From NCBI GenBank assembly GCA_964649825.1, contig CAZYQW010000032.1, positions 7,877 to 71,876 of the forward strand: DNA of 64,000 nucleotides, written 5' to 3'. The notes under the pieces were generated by a model. The model ran no database searches. It had not been told where the DNA came from and was given only the letters and a program-made list of their open reading frames with translations. Source of the stretch: an uncultured Phycisphaeraceae bacterium. Lineage in GTDB: Bacteria; Planctomycetota; B15-G4; JADJEK01. A program made the position numbers and the translations under genes. Shown here piece after piece: positions 47,303-54,957 of this stretch. Position 1 is the first letter of the stretch; every line of letters starts with the position of its first letter.

Positions 47303-48085
47303 GTGATGACGGGACACAACGAACAGGTCGTGGTCGTGACCGGTGGATCTCGCGGCATCGGGCGCGCAGTGGCGGTGGCGCTCGGCCGCGCCGGGTATCG
47401 GATCGCGGTCACGGGTCGCGACGAGAGCTCGTTGGCGGAGACGGTCCGCGAGGTCGAACGGTCCGGCGCGAGAGCGGCCGCGTTTGCCTGCGACGTCACC
47501 GAGGGCGCGGCGGTCGACGCGCTCCCGGCGCGCGTCTCCGCGGCGCTCGGCGGGGTCGCGATCCTCGTCAACAACGCCGGCGGCGCGGAGAGCGCTCCGT
47601 TCGTCCGAACCGCGCCCGAACTCTGGGATCGAATGATCGCGATCAACCTGACGTCGGTGTACCGCACCACGCGCGCGTTCCTTCCCGCCATGCTCGAACG
47701 CGGGTTCGGCCGGGTCGTGAACGTCGCGTCGACCGCGGGCAAGACCGGCTACCCGTACGTCACGGCATACTGCGCCGCGAAGCACGGCGTGATCGGGCTG
47801 ACGAAGTCGCTCGCGGCCGAAGTGGCAGCGAGAGGCATCACCGTGAACGCGGTCTGTCCGTCCTACGTCGATACGCCGATGACCGACGCGGCGATCCGGA
47901 ACATCGTCGCGAAGACCGGCATGACCGAGGACGAGGCGCTCGCGTCGCTCGTCCAACGAAACCCGCAGCGGCGCTTGGTGACGCCCGAGGAGGTCGCGGC
48001 CGCCGTCGTCTACCTCGCGTCGGACGACGCGCGCGGGGTCAACGGGCAGGCGATCAACCTGTGCGGAGGCGAGCTGCCACTCTGA
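47303..48085 (+). CDS. SDR-family oxidoreductase (FabG-like).
   Basis: TGGSRGIGRAVA cofactor-binding motif and YCAAK catalytic motif. Confidence 0.9.
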   Translation: MMTGHNEQVVVVTGGSRGIGRAVAVALGRAGYRIAVTGRDESSLAETVREVERSGARAAAFACDVTEGAAVDALPARVSAALGGVAILVNNAGGAESAPFVRTAPELWDRMIAINLTSVYRTTRAFLPAMLERGFGRVVNVASTAGKTGYPYVTAYCAAKHGVIGLTKSLAAEVAARGITVNAVCPSYVDTPMTDAAIRNIVAKTGMTEDEALASLVQRNPQRRLVTPEEVAAAVVYLASDDARGVNGQAINLCGGELPL

Positions 48086-48498
48086 TGCGCATCGAGACGA
48101 TCAACCCCGAGAGCCTCGGCGCGCCGAAGGGCTACTCGAACGGTATCCGCGTCAGCGGCTCGTACGACCTCCTGTTCGTGGCCGGACAGGTCGGATGGGA
48201 CGAGGAGCAGCGCCTCGCCGGCGACGACTTCGTGCGGCAGTTCGACCGAGCGCTCGCCAACGTCGTCACCGTCGTCGAGGCGGCGGGCGGCTCGGCAAGC
48301 AGCATCGCACGCCTCACCATCTACGTGACCGACAAGCAGGAGTACCTCGCCGCGGTTCGAGAGGTCGGCGCCTCGTACCGCGGGCGGATGGGTCGTCACT
48401 TCCCCGCGATGGCGCTCGTCGAGGTGAAGGACCTCCTCGAGGAAGGCGCGAAGATCGAGATCGAAGCGACCGCGGCGGTTCCGCCTCGCTCGCCCTGA
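48085..48498 (+). CDS. ridA: RidA/YjgF/TdcF-family protein.
   Basis: MRIETINPESLGAPKGYSNGIRVSG...LTIYVTD.... The start overlaps the SDR stop (TGATG). Confidence 0.85.
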   Translation: MRIETINPESLGAPKGYSNGIRVSGSYDLLFVAGQVGWDEEQRLAGDDFVRQFDRALANVVTVVEAAGGSASSIARLTIYVTDKQEYLAAVREVGASYRGRMGRHFPAMALVEVKDLLEEGAKIEIEATAAVPPRSP

Positions 48499-48520
48499 AC
48501 GCAAGAACGTCGGAGCCAGA

Positions 48521-49345
48521 ATGACGGACGCACCGAATCCCCGCTCGTTCCTGTACGAGGAGCGGGACGCCATCGCGACGATCACCCTCGACCGCGCCGA
48601 GAAGCGCAACGCCCTGACGTTCGAGACCTACGAGGAGCTGACCGGCGCGTTCACGAAGCTCGCGCGTCGCAAGGCGGTGCGGGTGATCGTGATCACCGGC
48701 AAGGACCCGGCGTTCTGCACCGGCGGCGACGTCAACGACATCATCGGCGCGCTGTTCGGACGCGACGCCGAGGGGTTGCTCGACTTCACCCGGCTCACCT
48801 GCGCGCTGATCCGCGCGATGCGCGAGTGCCCCACGCCGATCGTCGCGTCGTTGAACGGCACGGTAGCCGGCGCTGGTGCCGTCATCGCCCTCGCGTCCGA
48901 CTTCCGCGTCGCCGCCGAGGAGGCGCGCATCGCGTTCCTGTTCACGAAGGTCGGCCTCGCCGGCGCGGACATGGGCGCGGCCTACCTGCTCCCACGGGTG
49001 GTCGGCCTCGGGCGGGCCACCGAGATCCTGATGCTTGGCGACTTCGTCGACGCCAAGGAGGCCGAACGCATCGGTCTCTACCACCGCGTCGTTCCGAAGC
49101 CCGACCTCGCCGCGGCCACCGGCGAGCTCGCGAAACGGTTGCGCGACGGACCGGCGTTCGCGACGCGGATGACGAAGAGGATGCTCGAAGCCGAGGCCGC
49201 CATGTCGCTCGATCAGGCGCTCGAGGCCGAGGCCCAGGCGCAGTCGATCTGCATGCAGAGCCCGGACTACCGCGAGTACTTCGACGCGTTCACGGCCAAG
49301 CCGCGGCGCGCGGCCGTCTTCTATCGCGATCGGCAGGACTCGTGA
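48521..49345 (+). CDS. Enoyl-CoA hydratase/isomerase (crotonase) family protein.
   Basis: ITLDRAEKRNAL...ASLNGTVAGAGAVIALASDFRVAAEEARIAF crotonase signature. Confidence 0.9.
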   Translation: MTDAPNPRSFLYEERDAIATITLDRAEKRNALTFETYEELTGAFTKLARRKAVRVIVITGKDPAFCTGGDVNDIIGALFGRDAEGLLDFTRLTCALIRAMRECPTPIVASLNGTVAGAGAVIALASDFRVAAEEARIAFLFTKVGLAGADMGAAYLLPRVVGLGRATEILMLGDFVDAKEAERIGLYHRVVPKPDLAAATGELAKRLRDGPAFATRMTKRMLEAEAAMSLDQALEAEAQAQSICMQSPDYREYFDAFTAKPRRAAVFYRDRQDS

Positions 49346-50511
49346 GCATCGGTCGTCTCGAGGTCTCGTTCGACGAACGCCACCGGGAGCTGGCGGCGCG
49401 CGTCGCGGCCTTCGCGCGCGAGCGGATCGAGCCGATCGAGGCGGACCACGTCGACGGTGACGACGAGGACGAGGCCGCGCGCCGGTACGTGGAGGAGATG
49501 GCGTCGGTCGGGCTGCTCGATCACGCCGTCCCGCGAGGTGGCGCACGGTTCGACTCGCGCGCGCTCTGCCTGATCCGCGAGAACCTCGCGCGCGCGTCCG
49601 GCTTCGCGGACTGCATGTTCGCCATGCAGGGTCTCGGCTCGGCGCCGATCACCTTGGCCGGCGACGACGAGCAACGCGCGGCGTACCAGGACGGCGTGGC
49701 GTCCGGGGAGCGGATCTGCGCCTTTGCGCTGACCGAGCCGGAGGCAGGCTCCGACGTCGCGTCGATGACGACGCGCGCGATTCGCAGCGGCGACGAATAC
49801 GTCCTCGACGGCACCAAGACGTTCATCTCGAACGCCGGCGTCGCCAACCTGTACACGGTGTTCGCCAAGACCGATCCCGACGCGGGGCACCGCGGGATCA
49901 GCGCGTTCGTGGTCGACGGCGCAAACCCGGGGCTTCACGTGGTCGAACGCCAGCGCGTGATCGCGCCGCACCCGATCGGGACGATCCGCTTCGATGGGTG
50001 CCGCGTCCCCGCGTCGCGCCGCGTCGGCGGCGAGGGCGAGGGCTTTCGCGTCGCGATGCGGACGCTCGACGTCTTCCGCCCGACCGTCGGCGCCGCCGCG
50101 CTCGGGCTCGCGCGGCGCGCGCTTCACGAGGCTCGCGAACGAGCGCGGTCGCGCCGGCAGTTCGGACGCGCGATCGCGGACTTCCAATTGATCCAGGCGC
50201 ACCTCGCCGCGATGGCGACCGAGCTCGACGCCGCGCGCCTGCTCGTCTACCGCGCCGCCCACCTCGCCGACCGCGGCGACGACCGCACGACGCTCGAGGC
50301 CGCGATGGCGAAGCTGTTCGCCACGGAGACCGCGCAGCGCGTCGTCGATCGCGCCGTGCAGATCTTCGGTGGGTCGGGCGTGCTCCGCGGCAACGTGGTG
50401 GAGCGTCTCTACCGCGAGGTCCGTGCGCTCCGCATCTACGAGGGGACCTCCGAGGTCCAGCACCTCGTCATCGCTTCTCGATTGCTCAAGGAAGACGGTC
50501 CGGACTATTAG
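49342..50511 (+). CDS. Acyl-CoA dehydrogenase.
   Basis: GTG start overlapping the upstream stop (GTGA). Motifs [27 protein letters not shown] and [11 protein letters not shown]. Confidence 0.9.
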   Translation: MSIGRLEVSFDERHRELAARVAAFARERIEPIEADHVDGDDEDEAARRYVEEMASVGLLDHAVPRGGARFDSRALCLIRENLARASGFADCMFAMQGLGSAPITLAGDDEQRAAYQDGVASGERICAFALTEPEAGSDVASMTTRAIRSGDEYVLDGTKTFISNAGVANLYTVFAKTDPDAGHRGISAFVVDGANPGLHVVERQRVIAPHPIGTIRFDGCRVPASRRVGGEGEGFRVAMRTLDVFRPTVGAAALGLARRALHEARERARSRRQFGRAIADFQLIQAHLAAMATELDAARLLVYRAAHLADRGDDRTTLEAAMAKLFATETAQRVVDRAVQIFGGSGVLRGNVVERLYREVRALRIYEGTSEVQHLVIASRLLKEDGPDY

Positions 50512-50512
50512 C

Positions 50513-50869
50513 ATGCCGAAGTTCGAACGACACATCTTCGTCTGCCAGAACGAACGCCCCGACGGACACCCGCGCGGCTGCTGCCTCGCGAAAGGGGCCG
50601 AGGCCGTGCGACTCAAGATGAAGGAGGAGATCTCGCGGCGGGGTCTGAAGGGATCCGTCCGCGCGAACGCCGCCGGCTGCCTGAACCAGTGCGCGCTCGG
50701 CGTTTCGGTCGTCGTCTACCCCGAGCAGGTGTGGTACCAGGGGGTCACCGTCGCCGACGTCGAGGAGATCTTCGACCGTCACATCGAGAAGGGCGAAATC
50801 GTGGAGCGCCTGCGCGTGCCGGACGATCTCGTGAACACGCCGGCCGCGATGGGCAAGAAGCCGGCGTAG
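50513..50869 (+). CDS. Thioredoxin-like [2Fe-2S] ferredoxin, 118 aa.
   Basis: HIFVCQNERPDGHPRGCC...AAGCLNQCALGVSVVVYP gives four Cys in the 2Fe-2S Fdx (NuoE-like) pattern. The start abuts the upstream stop (TAGCATG). Confidence 0.8.
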   Translation: MPKFERHIFVCQNERPDGHPRGCCLAKGAEAVRLKMKEEISRRGLKGSVRANAAGCLNQCALGVSVVVYPEQVWYQGVTVADVEEIFDRHIEKGEIVERLRVPDDLVNTPAAMGKKPA

Positions 50870-50879
50870 CGCAGCCTGC

Positions 50880-51956
50880 TCACGTCGATTCCTCGCCGTT
50901 CGACATGAGGATCGCGACCGGCCGCAATGACGGCAGGTTCCAGAAGACGAGCTGGACGGTTCGCGTGAGGGGCACGGCGAGGAACATCCCCGGCACGCCC
51001 CAAAGCGCGGCCCAGAACGCCACCGCCATCAGGATCACCAGCGGCGAGAGGTTGAGCTGCTTGCCCAGGACGCGCGGCTCGATCACGTTGCCGAGCACCA
51101 TGTTCACCACGCCGTACAGGACGATCACCGCCATCGGAACGCCGAACGAGTCGGTCTGCACCCAGGCGACCACCATGGGAAAGAGACCGGCGAGGATGCT
51201 GCCGAACGTGGGGATGTAGTTCAGCAGGAACGTCAGCAGCCCGAACAGGGCCGCATAGGGCACTCCCAACGCCCACAGCCCGAGCCCGCACAGCACGCCG
51301 GTGAGCAGCGAGATCGCGGTCTTCACGCTGAGGTAGCGATGGACGTCGCGAGCGATCGCGGACAACACCGCCTCGACTTCCTCCCGCCGCGCGCCGGCCG
51401 CGATGATGATCTTCCGCCGCGACACGTTCTGCTCCGCGAAGATGAAGAGCATGAAGAAGAGCACGAGGAGGATGTTGTTCATCACGCCGAACAAGGTCAG
51501 GGCGGCCGCGCCGAACAATCCCGCCAGCCGCGGCACGAACGACTTCAGCTCGGCAATGACGCGCCCGGCGTCGAGCTGGTTCCACGACCCCTGAAAGGTC
51601 TCGCCGAGCAGCTTCTCGAGCGACTCGAGGCTCAGGTCGAGCGGCTCGCCCGGGGTCGCTGTCTCGTCGCTTCCGGGCCCCGGGAGCGAGTTCAGGTAGG
51701 CGGAGCCGCTTTCGTACAGGTTGCCGCCGACCCAGACCAGGACGACGACCAACGCGAGCATCAGGCCGAGCACGGTAACGCTCCACGGCACACCGCGCCG
51801 TTGGAGCGTCCGCACGAGCGGCTGCGCGAGGCTGCAGAGCAGGAACGCGACGATCAGCGGCAGGAAGATCGCCTTTCCGATCAACAGGATGAACCCGGAG
51901 AGCACCAACGTCAGCAGCGTCGCCGACACCTTCTCCGCCGTCCGGTCGTCGTTCAC
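50880..51956 (-). CDS. AI-2E-family transporter (PerM/UPF0118). Start uncertain; a GTG at ~51956 with a GGAG RBS is the likeliest.
   Basis: Eight TM segments with the typical large cytoplasmic loop. The N-terminal 60 aa of the track ORF are low-complexity. Confidence 0.75.
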   Translation of the reverse strand: MNDDRTAEKVSATLLTLVLSGFILLIGKAIFLPLIVAFLLCSLAQPLVRTLQRRGVPWSVTVLGLMLALVVVLVWVGGNLYESGSAYLNSLPGPGSDETATPGEPLDLSLESLEKLLGETFQGSWNQLDAGRVIAELKSFVPRLAGLFGAAALTLFGVMNNILLVLFFMLFIFAEQNVSRRKIIIAAGARREEVEAVLSAIARDVHRYLSVKTAISLLTGVLCGLGLWALGVPYAALFGLLTFLLNYIPTFGSILAGLFPMVVAWVQTDSFGVPMAVIVLYGVVNMVLGNVIEPRVLGKQLNLSPLVILMAVAFWAALWGVPGMFLAVPLTRTVQLVFWNLPSLRPVAILMSNGEEST

Positions 51957-52303
51957 GATGTCTCCTCGGACGCGGTCGCCTCTCGTCCCATTCGAACCTC
52001 CTCCACGTTCACGTCGTTCACCTCCATATGGGTCGAGAGCATACCGGCGAACCCGGCGGGCCGGGCCAAGAGGGCCGCCTCGTTTGTCGCCCGCATCCCA
52101 CGAAAGCGGAGCCACGACGGCTTTCCGACGATCCAACCGGGCGGTCGCCGCCGCGCCGTCCTTTAGGGCCCGCGCGACGACAAATTCCTGTTCTTGGGCG
52201 AGGCATCTCGTCAGCGCCGCCGATCGCGGCCCTGGTCCGTGCCCGCGTGCCCGAGTAGGCTGGCCCCGACCCTCCTTCTCCGCGACCGACGTCGGAGTGC
52301 GCC

Positions 52304-53386
52304 ATGTCTACGAAGCTCCTTCTCGTCACGAGCCTCCTCCTCTCGACCGCGTACGCCGATGCGAACGCCGCGCCGGCCGAAACGGTCGAAGTCGCGCTCG
52401 ACGCCGGAGTGAAGCTCGGCGGTTGCGCGGTCGGCGACGTCCTCCCGGATCATCCGGGACTGGAGATCGTCGCCGTCGCGGTGGATGGTCGAGTCTTCCT
52501 CGCGTACGACGACGAAGGAACCTGGGTCTCCCGCGAGATCGGCCGCGCGGGCGGCGAGCTGATCCAATGCGCGATCGGCGACGTGCACCCCGATCGTCCC
52601 GGCAACGAAATCGTCGCCGTCGGCATGAAGAGCGGCAGCGAGGAAGACGACGGCCCCGGCGCGGCGGTCGTCTTCTGGGCTCAGAGGAACGGTGACGCCG
52701 ACGCCGGTGAAGTCGGTTTCGAGCACGAAGTCGTCACCGAGGACGCCGCGTTGCTCCACGGGGTCTGCATCGCGGACCTCGACCCCGCTCGCGACGGCGA
52801 CGAGGCGCTGCTCGTCGGGTTCTCGGAGAGCGCGATGCTGCTCGAGTACGAGGACGGCGGATTCACGACGCGGACGGTCGCCGACCTGCCGGGTGCGGGC
52901 AAGAACGCGGTCGGCTTCGACGGCGGCGCGGCGGTCGCCTGCATGGACGGCTCCGTCGTCCACGTGCGCGGAGACCGCGACGGCGGATTCACGACGACCG
53001 TGCTCGACGAGGCCGAGGCCGGGGCGGCGCGCATCGGAGCCGCCGGCAAGACGCTCGTCGTCGCCTACGACGACGGCACGCTCGCGCTCTTCGCGGACGG
53101 CCGGCGTGAGGAGATTCATCGCGACTCGGACAAGCTGCGCGGCGCCGTGCTCGCCGAGCTCGACCCGTCCGCCGCCGGCATGGAGGCGGCGACCGGCGGC
53201 TACTCGAAGCAGTTGGTGCGACTGACGCGCGACGGCGACGCATGGAAGGCGACCGTGGTGCACCAAGACGCGGCACGCATTCATCACGTGGCGGCGGGCG
53301 ACGTCACGCCGCGCGCTCCCGGCGCGGAGATCGTCGCGTGCGGCTACTCGGGACGCGTGATCGTGGTGCTGCGCCGCGACGGATGA
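52304..53386 (+). CDS. Secreted hypothetical repeat protein (beta-propeller-like; four G-D-V-x-P-D-x-P-G-x-E-I-V-A blades).
   Basis: Signal peptide MSTKLLLVTSLLLSTAYADANA plus internal ~70-aa repeats. Confidence 0.7.
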   Translation: MSTKLLLVTSLLLSTAYADANAAPAETVEVALDAGVKLGGCAVGDVLPDHPGLEIVAVAVDGRVFLAYDDEGTWVSREIGRAGGELIQCAIGDVHPDRPGNEIVAVGMKSGSEEDDGPGAAVVFWAQRNGDADAGEVGFEHEVVTEDAALLHGVCIADLDPARDGDEALLVGFSESAMLLEYEDGGFTTRTVADLPGAGKNAVGFDGGAAVACMDGSVVHVRGDRDGGFTTTVLDEAEAGAARIGAAGKTLVVAYDDGTLALFADGRREEIHRDSDKLRGAVLAELDPSAAGMEAATGGYSKQLVRLTRDGDAWKATVVHQDAARIHHVAAGDVTPRAPGAEIVACGYSGRVIVVLRRDG

Positions 53387-53407
53387 CGCGCCGGATTCGC
53401 GCCGCTC

Positions 53408-54814
53408 CTACTTCCGATCGACGGCGTCGCCCGCGAGCTCCTCGACGATCATCCGATTCTCCGGGCTGGCGTCGGGACCCGCGAGCACGTCCGCCAACGA
53501 GTCCACGTCGACGTGCTCCGAGAGCCCGCGCTGCGCGAGCCGCCGCACGAGGACGCGAACGAGGAACGCCCAGTTCCGTCGCGTGAGGTCGTGCGCGCTC
53601 GTGATCTCCGGATCGAGGCGCGCGCCCCGCGACCAGTGGAAGTCGATCTGTCCCGACTCGGCGTCGTCGTCGGCGCAGTGGAAGCAGCCCGCCTTGAAGA
53701 GCTGGAACGTCCCGTCGCGCACCTTGCGCTGCGCGTCGACCATCCCCTCCGCCTGGCAGATCTCGATCGCCTCGGCGAGCAGGTCCTGGTGGTGGATGAT
53801 CGGGCGGCCGGGCGTCCCTTCGGTCGCGACGCGGAACACCGCGCCCGCGATCGCCGTCCAGTCGGTGTAGGGGACGACGTAGCAGCGCGGGATCCCCTGG
53901 CGCAGGAGGTCGCGGTAGAGCACGTCGCGCGGGGCGTCGCCGTCGACGCGCTCGGGCACTCGCGGGATCGATCCGGACTCGTCGTTCGCTTCCGGTAACT
54001 CCTCCGACGCGTCGCTGAACGACTCGGTGCCGCGCGGCGCGATCTCCCAGTCGTGCTCGCCGCGCCGGACGCCGAGCTCCAGCTTGACGCAATAGCGACG
54101 GAGGAACTCTCCGGTCGTCTCGCAGTTGAACCGGGTCGGATCGAACGGACGACCCAGCTCGTCGCCGAGAAGCGGCTTGACCGCGGCGAACTTGATCGGC
54201 GTCCGACGCGCGAGCAGCCGCACGAGCGCCTCGCGGATCGGCTGGAGCTCGGACTCGTCTTCGCGCCGCAGCTCGCGGGCGGCGAGCAGGTCCTCGAAGT
54301 ACTCGAAGCGATCGCAGTAGCGCGCGAAGATCGACTTGGTGCAGCCGGTCACGCCGATGACGACCACCTCGGCGCCCCGCAGCTTCAGCTCGAGGACGAG
54401 CGGGATGAAATCGGAGTCGCCGGTGACGAGGATGAACTGGTCGATGTCCGTCGGGCCGTTCAAGAGCGAGGCCGCGTCCATCGCGAGCCGCATGTCCGCC
54501 GCGTTCTTGTTGCTCCCGCCGGGGAAGCGGAACACCTGCACGGGTTCGACCCCTTGCTCCATCAGGAACCGAGGAAGCGGCTGGAGGTAGTAGTCCCAGC
54601 GCCGATCGCCGTCGCCGGGGCGACGATCGTTGAAGTTCGCGTACGCGCGGCGCGCGACCAGACGCCGGCCCGCCGCGACGTCGCTCGCGAACGAGCAGAG
54701 CGAGTCGAGGTCGACCGCGAACTCATAGAGATCGTCCGCGTGCGTCCTTTGGTAGTTCCCCTCGCGTCCGATGAAGAAGTTCTCGAGATCGATGAGCAAC
54801 GCCGAGGCCATCAT
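53408..54814 (-). CDS. NYN-domain (LabA-like PIN-fold) protein with an extended C-terminal region.
   Basis: ALLIDLENFF ... FILVTGDSDFIPLVLELKLRGAEVVVIG carries the conserved NYN Asp residues. Confidence 0.8.
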   Translation of the reverse strand: MMASALLIDLENFFIGREGNYQRTHADDLYEFAVDLDSLCSFASDVAAGRRLVARRAYANFNDRRPGDGDRRWDYYLQPLPRFLMEQGVEPVQVFRFPGGSNKNAADMRLAMDAASLLNGPTDIDQFILVTGDSDFIPLVLELKLRGAEVVVIGVTGCTKSIFARYCDRFEYFEDLLAARELRREDESELQPIREALVRLLARRTPIKFAAVKPLLGDELGRPFDPTRFNCETTGEFLRRYCVKLELGVRRGEHDWEIAPRGTESFSDASEELPEANDESGSIPRVPERVDGDAPRDVLYRDLLRQGIPRCYVVPYTDWTAIAGAVFRVATEGTPGRPIIHHQDLLAEAIEICQAEGMVDAQRKVRDGTFQLFKAGCFHCADDDAESGQIDFHWSRGARLDPEITSAHDLTRRNWAFLVRVLVRRLAQRGLSEHVDVDSLADVLAGPDASPENRMIVEELAGDAVDRK

Positions 54815-54957
54815 TACGATTCTCCCGGGCGAATCGCCCGATAGGGGACGATCCGCTGCGACAGGGACACGAATCAGTCGAACCCGCCGCGCCCGACGGA
54901 TGAGCCGGCGCGGCGAGCGTCGATTCTACGTCTCCGCCGGCGGCGACCGAACCCGTC

